64,000 nucleotides of DNA. Source: Malacoraja senta. Taxonomy: Eukaryota. The translations under genes and the position numbers were made by a program. The DNA lies in contig CM075991.1 of assembly GCA_038087875.1 (NCBI GenBank), forward strand, positions 7,070,001 to 7,134,000, in the 5' to 3' direction. Of this stretch, positions 48,863 through 60,302 are shown one piece after another (position 1 is the first letter of the stretch; the number at the start of each line of letters is the position of its first letter). The notes under the pieces were generated by a model, which was not told the DNA's origin, searched no databases, and worked only from the letters and a program-made list of their open reading frames with translations.

Positions 48863-49012
48863 CAATTGATTCTAATTGGCATTGTTCACCAAAAGGCCAT
48901 TGACTGATGTTTAAGATGAAGAACATGTAATCTACAGACTGGGAATGCTGATTTATTAAAAGAGAAGCTCCAATTCACTTTTTTTTATCAAATTAATTTA
49001 CATATTCATACA

Positions 49013-49623
49013 TATGGGACCGCCGATGGGAACATCGTGGAGCCAGAACACCGGCTTTGGCGGCGGCGCAGACGTTTCCCTGGGGGGACCTGGCCAGAAC
49101 ACCGGCTTTGGCGGCGGCGCAGACGTTTCCCTGGGGGGACCTGGCCAGAACACCGGCTTTGGCGGCGGCGCAGAACATCGGCTTTGCCGGCGGTGCAGCG
49201 CTGGAGCGCTGTCGTGGAGCGGGCGATGCCTTTCCTGGGTCGCCGCGCTGGGACTCCAGCATGCTGGGACCGCCGATGGGAACATCGTGGAGCCGCGGTT
49301 CTGTGGAGCGGCCCAGCTGCGACGCTGAACGTTACATCTCGGAGCCTGGGCGAGAATATCGGGCGCCGTGGCGGGACTGTGGAGGCCTCAGTGGGCCCGA
49401 CTCTGGGTGGACAAGAGGATGGGGACTGGACTTTGTGCCTTCCCCCACAGTGGGAACCATTGTGGGGGGATGTTTTTGTGTTGAATTTCTTTTTGAACAC
49501 TATGTTGTATTTTTATTAGTGTGCTGCAAGGACATCTGAATTTCCCCTGAATAAGGGGATTAATAAAGTCTTATCTTAATCTTAATCTTAATCTTAATCT
49601 TAATCTTAATCTTAATCTTAATT
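49013..49623 (+). mobile_element. GC-rich non-autonomous retroposon with 51-bp internal tandem repeat and (TTAATC)n tail
   Basis: gccagaacaccggctttggcggcggcgcag at 49042, 49093, 49144; Rex-like end gaatttcccct..aggggattaataaag. Confidence 0.65.
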
Positions 49624-50550
49624 TAGCCATGTTAAAAATTCTGTGCTGGGAGAAACTGCAGATGCAGGTTTAAACCGAAGACAGACACAAAAAGGGGCAC
49701 TTCTGGTTGCAAATGAGCCTTGTACTAATAATGTAGTTCCCATGACATGCATGCATGACTTGATGTTATTCCACATGCAATGTGCGTTGGCCATAAAATC
49801 ACATCATGCTGTTTCAACATTGTTGGTTCTGCTCATTAGCAACTATGCCTGTGTGATGATAGCATTGGAGTGCTGTCCGTTGGAAGAGCGATCTGCCCAG
49901 CACTGAGAACACAATCATACAGCCTTGGGCAGCCAGAAAATGCTGGAGTAACTCAGCAGGTCAGGCAGCATCTCTGGAGAAATGGAATAGGTGACCTTTC
50001 GGGTTGAGACCCTTCTTCAGACTGAGAGTGGCTGAAGAAGGGTCTCAGTCTGAAGAAGGGTTTAGTCCCAAAACGTCACTTATTTATTTTTCCTGAACCG
50101 CTAAGTTAGTCCAGCATTTTGTGTCTCACTTCGATGTAAATCAGCATTTGCAGTTCCTTCCTACATAATGCCTTGGGCTTTGCTATCACTGGAATTTGCT
50201 GTGGGGCCAACAATGTAAAATCTTTTTTAATGCTTCCAAAGAGTTTTTTAGCCAAAGACAGGTGAACCAGTAAAATCAGACAGTATTTTGGGAATCAATT
50301 TTATTCCCAATGCATTAAATATTACATACATTTCAGAGAAATAACTATGTTGTTTTCTTAGGATAGCAGAAAATAGGATTATTTTAAAACAAGTAACTTT
50401 AATCAGAGTGTCAAGTTTAATGGTACTTTATTTATCACAGGTACAGTGAAATTCACTTTTGTGTACAGTTCAGCATAGGTATTACTATACATAAGCACTT
50501 AGATACATCTTAGATAAGCATCCCAGATACAGTACAAGTGTATGGCAGCT

Positions 50551-50974
50551 ATAGAGTCATAGTGTCATAGAGTGATACAGCATGGAAACAGGCCCATCGG
50601 CCCAACTTGCCCACACCGGCCAACATGTCCCAGTTACACTAGTCCCACCTGCCCGCGTTTGGCCCATATCTCTCCAAACCTGTCCTATCCATGTACCTGT
50701 CTGACTGTTTATTAAACATTGGGATAGTCCCTGCCTCGACTACCTCCTCTGGCAGCTTGTTCCATACGCCCACCACCCTTTGTATGAAAAAATTACCCCT
50801 CAGATTCCTATTAAATATTTTCCCCTTCACCTTAAACCTATGTCCCCTGGTCCTCGATTCACCAACACGGGGCAAGAGACTCTGCATCTATTTCTCTCAT
50901 GATTTTATACACCTCTATAAGATCACCCCTCATCTTCCTGCGCTCCACGGAATAGAGTCCCAGCCTACTCAACC
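50551..50974 (-). mobile_element. CR1 LINE 3' fragment sharing its tail with the HE1-like SINE
   Basis: SRTRGHRFKVKGKIFNRNLRGNFF..WNKLPEEVVEAG; gatacagcatggaaacaggccc..ggccca. Confidence 0.9.
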
Positions 50975-51381
50975 ACTCAGATGTTCATCGCCTATAAGGA
51001 AGATGAATATAGACAAATGGAAAATGGTAAGACACAATTAAGAACTGGATTTCTTGTTGCAGTCAGTTCAATGGTTAATGTAATTTTCGTCTGAAATTCC
51101 CAGACTTTTGCACTGAATTTGTTTGGATTATACCCAGTGCAAACACTGCAGTGATGGATTAAAATATGCACTTGTCCTCTTCCCCACCACTGACATTTGT
51201 AATCTGGAGGAATGTTCATTTTTCACACAAACTGCTAACAACCTCTCGTATTGAGTGACAGTCTCTTTGTGCATTCACACCCTTCCACGTGCTTGACATA
51301 TAATCCTGGATTTCATTCACTGCACAACAGTGTTGTCTTATTCTTCAATCACTAAACTCCTTTGGAATGAAAACAAGATGG

Positions 51382-52100
51382 GTTTCCTGCGGTTGCAAGG
51401 GAAAGTACCAGGGGAGGGGGTGGTTTGGGTGGGAAGGGACGAATTGAATCTATGTACGAAACTTTAAACTGGTTATCCCCCCACGCTCGAAGATACTACC
51501 ACTGGTTCCAGTTCATCTTTAAATGCATCCATCTTAATTACCCCTCTTATTTAAAACAAGACCTATTACCATACACACCCTCATATTCACTAAGACACAT
51601 TCAACAACCCTTCTTTTTCATTCCAAGAACTAACAAAGAAATTGGGAGACGTGCATTTAAGTATAAAGCTCCTTCTGACTGGAACACTCTGCCTAGTACC
51701 ATAAGAACCATTAGTTCATTTCGTCTATTTAAAAATACACTTTTAACATTTCTCATAAAACCATGTACCTGTTTCTAGTATTAGAGTATTGCATAGCGAC
51801 TAACATTATGCTGTAATACATAACTTTTGTTATTATTGGATTTAAGTTAATTAACAATTGTTATAAACTATAACAAGTGGGGATGGAGGGGTTTTGGGTT
51901 TGATGTGTGGGTAGGTGGGTCGATGAGAGCCTTTATGTATGTTATGTCTTGTGCTGTATGTTCTATGTTGGACCCCCTCGAAAATGAGATGACTGTCCAT
52001 CTCAAGGGGTTATCCATAAATAAACGTGTTGAATTGACCAGGGAGTTACGGAGGGAGCGGTCTTTGTGGAAAGCCGAAAAGGGAGGAGATGGGAAGATGT
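51382..52100 (-). mobile_element. Internal Penelope ORF fragment split by an L2-group LINE
   Basis: 51383-51447 and 52031-52100 match 41179-41305. Confidence 0.85.
51448..52030 (+). mobile_element. L2-group (Crack/Daphne-like) LINE 3' fragment
   Basis: LNWLSPHARRYYHWFQFIFK..PSYL..YSLRH..GRRAFKYKAPSDWNTLP..FK..CTCF*; 3' stem-loop; 7-bp TSD gaattga. Confidence 0.8.
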
Positions 52101-52301
52101 TTCCTGCAGTTGCAACAGGAAATCGATTGAAAAAATTATGATCCTTTGCATAATATTCTGTGCTACAACCTGATAAATTATGTCAATGTGGAGGAAGCTC
52201 ACCTGATATTCCGCTTGAGTACCTTGCAATTCAATGGTATGATCATTGAATTCTCCACTTTTAGGTAGCCTCTTGACTTGACATCTAATTCTCAGTGTGT
52301 C

Positions 52302-52762
52302 AGAAGGAACTGCAGATGCTGGTTTACATTGAAGATAGATACAAAATGTTGGAGTAACTCAGCGGGGACAGGCAGCATCTCTGGATAGAAGGAATGGGTG
52401 ACATTTCAGGTCGAGACCCTTCTTCAGACTGACAGTCAGAGGAGAGGGAGACAAAGAGATAAAGAATGTAAGGTATGAAAATGAGACATCAGAGGGGACA
52501 AAGCTAAAGGAAAATGTAGAATAGATCTTTGTTAGCGAGGGGAAGGTGACAGTGAAGCATACAAAGATAAAAAATTAATCAAGGGGACAGTAAGACTGGT
52601 CGGAGAACTAGGATGGGGGAGGGATGGAGGGATGGAGAGAGAGGGAAAGCAAGGGTTACTGGAATTTAGAGAAGTCGATATTCATACCACTGGGTTGTAA
52701 GCAGTCCAAGTAAAATATAAGGTGCTGTTCCTCCAATTTGCATTGGGCCTCACTCTGACAGT
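52302..52762 (-). mobile_element. Penelope-like 3' end (endonuclease C-terminus plus terminal repeat A)
   Basis: reverse complement encodes QSEAQCKLEEQHLIF..LQPSGMNIDFS; core at about 52400-52427. Confidence 0.8.
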
Positions 52763-53353
52763 TTCTCAGCCTTATGCCAGAGAGTGTTGGCACAGCAACG
52801 ACTGCTCGAACCATTTGTGTGGGATTCCCAACAGTGGGTTACAAAAAGTTTGTTCTCATTTAACTTTATTTTAGTTATTTATTAATATCATGGTGCATAA
52901 TTAATTAAATATACATTTGAATTGTTGATGTATAGTTTTAAATTATTTATCTCTCAGAACAGTTTCAAATTATCACTATCAGATGTAGTACATTTAAAAA
53001 CAAATTTAAAATCCTTTGACAGCTTTCAAGGCAGTTCTGATGTCCACAGGATATGCCTGAGATGCAGTGGTCATTCACTGCCCACTTTGTTTGTTCTATG
53101 TACCTTTTTATTTCTTTCGGTTCTCTCTCTCCTGCCTCAGTCTGAAGAAAGGTCACTTAACCTTTTACTCCAGAGATGCTGCCTGACCCGTTGAGTTACT
53201 CCAGCTTTTTGTGTCTGTCTTCCGTGTAAACCAGCATCTGCAGTTTCGTCCCACCCATCATGTGCAGTGAGTCAACCTGTTGCTTCAACACAAGTAGGAT
53301 AGGCCTCAGTGTGGCGATCCCAATTCAAGAGCTGCCTTCAGGAAGTTCTGGAA

Positions 53354-53563
53354 CAAGGGTCCCAACCTGGGGTAAATTTACCCCAAGGGGGTAAATTTGT
53401 TGATTCTGGATTTGTACATATTTTTTCTCATCGACTGACTGTGTTTGGTTCTGGTATACTGGTATCTGTTCATCATTAGTTGTTCATAAATAAGTGAAAT
53501 AACATTTTTATATGCTATTAAAGTTGCCAGGGGTAAACGGGATGAAAAGATTGGGAACCCCTG
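53354..53563. mobile_element. hAT/Charlie-like MITE
   Basis: TIR caagggtcccaa / ttgggaacccctg; 8-bp TSD ttct(g/a)gaa at 53346-53353 and 53564-53571, fitting the NTCTAGAN target. Confidence 0.8.
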
Positions 53564-54154
53564 TTCTAGAACCAGCTTTTTTGCATTCTTCAGCATTCAG
53601 CAGTTTTTCATTGTGATATAGTTTTGTGATCTTTTATGGTTTGTTGTTGCATTACGATCTCTTCCAAATAAAATATTCTGCACTTGTATTTTTAAGCATG
53701 TTGCATACTATCACTAAATGATAGTCTGATGTGTTAAAAGTTGAATATAAATGTGGCATTGATGAAAAAGGGGAAATGGTGCAGATTTTCAGTATCATTT
53801 GAGCACCATGCATTCAACTCATTCTCGGTTGCTTTAACCATGGTTTTCGTTTTGGAAAAATATCCTAATGCAGATCCCAGAAGGTTTTTAGTACAAAGTA
53901 TTTGTTGTGAGCCAGCCTAAATATTCACATGTTAGATCGAGGAAATTCTGGGGCGCCATGTAAATGCATTGGAAAGTACATAGAGAAATACCATAACATC
54001 CAAGGAGCTCAACAAGATGTGTTCAAATTATTCAAGGATGCCATTCAGAGAGGCAAATATGATTGGCCAAATAAACTCAAGAACCCTGTGCTATTATATT
54101 ATAGTATATTATATGCTGCTTTTGGAATATTGAAAAGTTTCTGACTGTGCAAGG

Positions 54155-54860
54155 TCATTTGAGCCTCACATCCGCCATGTTGTCAAAACATCATTTTTTC
54201 ACCTCCGCAACATTGCAAAAATCAGATCGTCTCTCACACCCCCCGCTGCTGAAAGACTCATCCATGCCTTCATCTCCTCCCGACTGGACTACTGTAACTC
54301 TCTTCTTTTCGGAATCAATTCCAGCAGCATCAAACGACTCCAACTGGTCCAAAATTCAGCCGCTCGACTCATTACCCACACCAAATCCTGGCACCACATC
54401 ACCCCAGTTCTCAAAGAACTTCACTGGCTTCCCATTTCCAACCGGATCACCTACAAAATCCTGGTCCTCACCTACAAAGCCCTCAACAACCTGGCCCCCC
54501 CTTATCTCATTGACCTCCTCTCCCCCTACCAACCCTCACGGTCCCTCAGATCCACATCAGCTGGTCTCCTCTCCACTCCAAAATCAAACCTCTGCACTTT
54601 TGGAGGCAGAGCCTTCTCCAGGGCAGCTCCCAGGCTCTGGAATTCCCTCCCACAACCGGTCCGACATTCTGAGTCCCTCACCATCTTCCAGTCCCGCCTC
54701 AAGACCCATCTCTTCACCTCTGCATACCCGTAGTCCCATGTTCCCCTCCCCTCTGTCTTACTGCTCTATTTTGTTTTGTTTATTCCTGACTCTCAATTGT
54801 AAAGCGACTTTGAGTCCTGAAAAGCGCTATATAAATAAAATCTATTATTATTATTATTAT
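54155..54860 (+). mobile_element. L2-clade LINE 3' fragment; open ORF2 frame 54158-54733
   Basis: own translation: FFHLRNIAKIR..IHAFISSRLDYCNSLL..LQLVQNSAARL..HITPVLKELHWLP..RAFSRAAPRLWNSLP..LKTHLF; tail tgtaaagcg..gcgctatataaat(ATT)n. Confidence 0.95.
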
Positions 54861-55475
54861 TTCTCCACAAAGATGTGATTCTAACACCTGTTTAAAAAAA
54901 AAAGGCTTAAACAAATAATCACTGTCAAAATTAATATTACATTCAGACTGCATTGCTTTTATATAATATGCACAAACGTTGAGAAAAATCATGTTCCAGT
55001 TTCTGAAATCCCATTTGCTTTACGGCAATGAAGATACAGAAATGAACCTCAAACATTTGTAATGGTTCCCCAGGAGAGATCATTCAAAGCCTAGAGGAAT
55101 GGCAGTGGGTCAACGCCATTGTTCAGCGATTGCACTGGACATGCCACTATTATCAACCCTAAACCAAGACCAAATCAGGAGATCCATTGAAATCCAGATC
55201 ATGAGGAATAACTCAATGGATCAGGCAGCATCCCTGGAGGATATGGATAGTTGACGTTTCGGGTTGGGACTCTTCTGCTGTCTGAAGAAGGGTCCGACCT
55301 GAAACGTCGCCTATTCATGTTCTCCAGAGATGTTACTTGACCCACTGAGTTACTCCAGCACCTTGTGTCCTTTTGTGTAAACCAGCATCTGCAGTTCCTT
55401 CTTTCTGCAAAATTGGTTTTGAAAAAGTTGCGTGAACATGCATGCGTACTGTACTGATTTGGACACGTTTGGCTG

Positions 55476-55528
55476 AGTCAATGCCTACTTGTAGTCAATG
55501 CCTACTTTGTAGTCAATGCCTACTATGT
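55476..55528. repeat. 17-18 bp tandem repeat x3
   Basis: agtcaatgcctact(t/tt/at)gt three times. Confidence 0.85.
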
Positions 55529-55767
55529 TCTGTTGTTCTGAAGCAAAGCAAGAATTTCATTGTCCTATCAGGGACACATGACAATAAACTCACTTGGGAC
55601 TTGAACATAAAGGCTTTTCATCGCAGATAGTTCAAGCTGTTTGAAAATCAGGGCTAAGCTAAATAAGGTCACATATATATCTGTGAATTTATACAATCCA
55701 GTGGAACATCTGCTGATGGTGCAGACAAATGCATGGCACAAGGAGCTTAGAACAAGATTTTTGTCCT

Positions 55768-56170
55768 GTGTAGAAGGGAAGTGCAGATGCTGATATGCTG
55801 AAGACACAAAGTGCACCTTTGGAGAAGAAGGATGGATGACTTTTTGGATCGGGACTCTTATTCAGACTGAAATTAGAGGGGACGGAACTGGAGGTATGAA
55901 AAGGCCAGAACATTGCAGGACCAGCACCAGATGACCAAGGAACGGTGGAGCCCATAATGGCCCATTGTTGGCTGGGGAAGGGGTGATAACGAAGGGATAC
56001 GCGAACAGTGGAAATAGTAGGATGACTAGGGTGGGGGAGAGGGGGGAGGGAGGGAATGCAAGGGTTACCTGAAATTAGAGAAATGAGCATTCACACCCCT
56101 GGGCGTAAGCTCCCCAAGCAAAACATGAGGTGCCGTTCCTCCAATTTGTGCGTGGCCTCACTTTGACAGT
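55768..56170 (-). mobile_element. Penelope-like 3' end, older subfamily
   Basis: reverse complement encodes QSEATHKLEERHLMFCLGSLRP..FSNFR*, then UTR and decayed terminal repeat. Confidence 0.75.
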
Positions 56171-58402
56171 TGTCCTCTTCATTCAAGACTGACTGAACTC
56201 TGGAATATGCTGGAGTAACTCAGCGGGACAAGCAGCATTTCTGGATAGAAAGAATGGGTGACGTTTCGGGTCGAGACCCTTCTTCAGACCCAAAATATCA
56301 CCCAATCCTTTTCTCCAGAGATGCTGCCTGTCCCGCCGAGTTACTCCAGCATTTAGTGTCTATCTTCAATGTAAACCAGTATCTGCAGTTCCTCCCTACA
56401 CATTGACATTCTGGAATTCTTGGTTAACATTTTTGTACTTTTGAAAGCAGTTAATCTCAAAGGGGTAACAGCTTTCAAGCAATAATTATCACTTACAACC
56501 AATTTGATGTATATTACAATACCTGAAGATTTAAGAAGCAGAATTATGGAAGAACTCTGTGCAGAACAATTAGGCACAGTGAACATGTCTGCAGTAGCTA
56601 ATGTCTTAACGTCTGACATGGAATAAGATTTGGAGGAGTTAGGTCTGCAGACTTCACCCACTGACAGATAAAGCCTCACACGTTCCTATCATTCAGAGAA
56701 GCTGATGAGGAAAGCATTGTGAGCCTTTACCGCTTTGCATTTTTAAATGCCTGTTGCATGATGATAACAAGTGATTACATCTTACCATGCTGAAACAGGC
56801 CTTTTGTTTCGGAGGTTCGGCTTTGGAAAACTGAGTCAGGATGTAATTTGGATTGAATGCTCTCTTTTTGAATTTCTTCATTTGATTTTATGCTTCGAAA
56901 ACCTAAAGGATTAAACAAACTTAAAAATTCATATCAGTTCATTTGAGGATTGTTTCCTTCACATCGCTAGTCCAGATCATAAACCACTGTGGGAAGAACT
57001 GTGAGATTAAATACATGTAAATGCTGCATACGATTTTTTCTGGACAATATTTTTGAAGGGATTAGAAACATGTTTCTTTGATCTTACCTGAGGCAGAGTG
57101 ACAATGCAGTAAGCCTCAGAGATAAACTGACAGCGATAAATATTTAAGATAGACACTAAGTGCTGGAGTAACTCAGTGGGACAGGTAGCATCTCTGAAAA
57201 AGAATGTTATGTTGCATTTTGGGTTGGGACCCTTCTTCAGAGGGACTGAAGAAGGGTCCAGACCCAAAGTCTGAAGAAGGGTCCCAACCGGAAACGTCAC
57301 CTATTCTTTTTTTCCAGAGATGCTGCCTGATCCGCAAAGTTACTATCTTTGGCATAAACCAGCATCTGCAGTTCTTTGTGTAGGAAGATATTGCAGATGC
57401 TAGTTTAGACCGAAGATAGACACTGTGTACTGCAGTTCTTTGTTTTTACTATTAGGGATAAATATTTAGTTGAGTTGCCTGCTTGTAATAAGTTGGTGTC
57501 TCCTGATCTGTGATAGATTGGAGCGTATTTGTGATGGCCCCCACAGTTTAGTTGACCCACTAATGGCCATTATTTATAGTTTTATCAGAGAGAAATCTGA
57601 ATAGAGAAACAGCAATGATTTAAAAACCCATGGAATTCACTCTCTATAAAGCAGGAAGAACAGAGAAGCAAAAAAGCCGGATGGGGATTTTTTTTAAATT
57701 TAAAGGGACATCCACTTCAAATAGCACACTGAACAAGGTTCCACAACACATTCTCAATATTTAAGTTTGTTTCTGTCTCTCGGGAAAAATAGGTGTTAAT
57801 TCAGTGACGGGGCTGTGCTTCAGGTCAGAACTATTATTGGATGTTGTCAATCAGAAAACCTTTCATTTCATCCACAAAAAAACCCTCACCGTTGCAAATT
57901 CAATGAAATAATGCACAACACTTTGAACTTGCTCGTACATTTGTTAGCTTTCACTCATATTCTCACTCTGACAACCATTACCGAGGCTTTATTATTCTCT
58001 CCTGATCACTGCATTCATGATTCAACAATCATTCCTCTATCGCATACCATTTCAAAATGCTTTGGATGTAAATGCAAGCTGCAGAATCTGTCTTCATAAA
58101 TTTAACATCAGCTGAATCTGTGGAATGTCCAGCCAAGTAGAACTCGGCTCAATTGTTTGTGTTGTGCTTAGCAAAGCGCTGACTGTCAGACTGGAGCAAC
58201 GTAATTAAATAAATAAAGCAAAATAGACCCTACACTTTCCGAGATGATTGTATCATATTGGATTGCAACATGTAAGCATTGATTTTATTGGCCTGGACAC
58301 TTTGGTTTGGATGCTTCAATTACATTTGGCACATACTGCTGTTCACAATGGTCTCGCAATCTCTGAAAAGAACTTTACTATTTCTGACGTTATTCACGGT
58401 TG

Positions 58403-58790
58403 TTCAGTTCAGTTTAGTTTATTGTCACTTGTACCGAGGTACAGTGAAAAGCTTTTGTTGGGTGCTATTCAGTCAGCAGAAAGACAATACATGATTACAA
58501 TCGATCCATTTACAGTGTATATAAGGAAACAACGTTCAGTGCAAGGTAAAGCCAGCAAAGTCCGATCAAGGATAGTCCGAGGGTCACCAAAGAGTTAGAT
58601 GGTAGTTCAGCTCTGCTCTCTGGTTGTGGGAGGATGATTCAGTTGCCTGATAGCAGCTGGGAAGAAATTGTCCCTGAATCTGGAGGTGTACGTTTTCACA
58701 CTTCTATACCTTTTGCCTGATGGGAGAAGGGAGAGGAGGGAGTGGCCATGGTGTGATTCGTCCTTGATTATGCTGCTGGCCTTGCCGAGT
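58403..58790 (-). mobile_element. Rex1/Babar-like LINE 3' end
   Basis: KASSIIKDESHHGHSLLSLLPSGKRYRSVKTYTSRFRDNFFPAAIRQLN; (CTRAA)n tail. Confidence 0.85.
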
Positions 58791-59211
58791 TTGTGTGTCA
58801 GTTCGACAAGATTCCCAGAATTCGCCAACAGTGGGGTGAAGGTTCTTCACCCCATCGCCAAGGATGGGGTGAAGAAGCAATCACTCTGACCAATCCCCTC
58901 AAGTAGCAAAGCAAGAAGTGAAAAACACAATCTTTAACTAATAAAAGTTTGGATAGGCAAGGTTCAGGAAAGATCTGCGCCACCCAAAGGAAAAGTATTA
59001 TTTTTACATCCCAATATATTTTTGAAATATTTCTTTGAGGAATTGCATTTCAAATAAATAAATGAATCTTTTCAGGGCCAGGGAGTTTGTTAAGCAGTAA
59101 ATATCCCCCCATCTCAGAGGAGACACAAGGAACTACAGATGCTGGAATCTTGAGCGAAACGCAAAGTGCTGGAGTTACTCTCAACAAGTCAGGCAATATC
59201 ACTGGAGTATA

Positions 59212-59574
59212 TAAGTTCATAAGTGACAGGAGCAGAATTAGACCATTTGGCCCATCAGGTCCACTCCACCATTCAATCATGGCTAGTCTATCTTTCCCTC
59301 TCAACCTCATTCTCCTGCCTTCTCCCCATAACCCCTGACACCAATACTAATCAAGAATCTGTCAATCTCTGCCTTAAAAATATTAATTGACGGCACCCAC
59401 AGCCCGCTGTGGCAATAAATTCCATGGATTCACCACCCACTGGTTAAAACAATTCCTCCTCCTCCTCCTCATCTCAAAGATATGTCCTTTTATTCTGAGG
59501 CCATGGCCTCTGGTCCTAGATTCTCCCACTGGTGGAAACATCCACTCCACTTCCACTCTATCCAGGCCTTTCAC
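59212..59574 (-). mobile_element. CR1 LINE 3' fragment
   Basis: [42 protein letters not shown]. Confidence 0.85.
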
Positions 59575-59936
59575 GACTATTCACAGGTGGCGTTTCCGAT
59601 CGGGACCCTTCTTTAGACTGACGTGAGACAACATGGTGGTGCAGGCAATACACGTGGCTCTGTTAGCGATTCTGGGTCACAACATGGAATCCGATGAAGG
59701 GTCCCGAACCAAAACATCGCCTATCCATTCCCTCCGGAGATGCTGCCTGAGTTATTCCAGCACTTTGTGCTTGGATTAAAATCTCAGTTACACCTCAAGC
59801 AACAAAATGTAACTGCCTGGAATTTCACCTTCCATCAGTCAGGTTAAACATGCTGTTTAGTTGCATCAGCACATCCTCTTACACCAAAATCATGAATTTC
59901 AAACCAGGGTAAAACTTGCTGACGTATATATTTAAT

Positions 59937-60029
59937 CTGAAGAAGGGTTTCGTCCCGAAACGTTACCTATTTCCTTCGCTCCATAGATACTGCTGCACCC
60001 GCTGAGTTTCTCCAGCATTTTTGTGTACC
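59937..60029 (+). mobile_element. Penelope mini-element (B) starting at the hammerhead core
   Basis: 12-bp TSD tatatatttaat at 59925-59936 and 60030-60041. Confidence 0.9.
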
Positions 60030-60302
60030 TATATATTTAATGCATTTTGTTAATGAAAAGAGATACATTTCCAAGTAAATATTTTCAGAGTATTTACAGT
60101 GGAATTATTTCACATGCACCCGAACTTCACGTTCCAATTATGCGAGGGAAGATTTCAACACCATGCAATCTCTGCAATGTCGTGGAATCACAGGCATTAT
60201 CTTTTGCAATTTCTGCATGAAATTGTGAGCCCATCCTCACGATCGATTAAATGACTGAGTACCAGCGATTCTTGCAGTAGCCACCACCATCAAACCCAAT
60301 AA

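Noticed and set aside
48993..49539. Overlapping 90-164 aa ORFs in all six frames
   Set aside because: Produced by high GC and a 51-bp tandem repeat; no recognisable domain.
49568..49623. Telomere-like hexamer array
   Set aside because: The unit is TTAATC, not TTAGGG, and follows aataaa at a retroposon 3' end.
54147..54878. 243-aa ORF from the track
   Set aside because: Off-frame shadow; the L2 protein motifs are in the frame 54158-54733.
56440..56680. Possible exon (IPEDLRSRIMEELCAEQ..)
   Set aside because: In-frame stops close on both sides, no clear acceptor, and not recognised.
362..59574. Minus-strand excess of CR1 fragments as a sign of host gene orientation
   Set aside because: Roughly 13 versus 7 by eye; too few to distinguish from chance.
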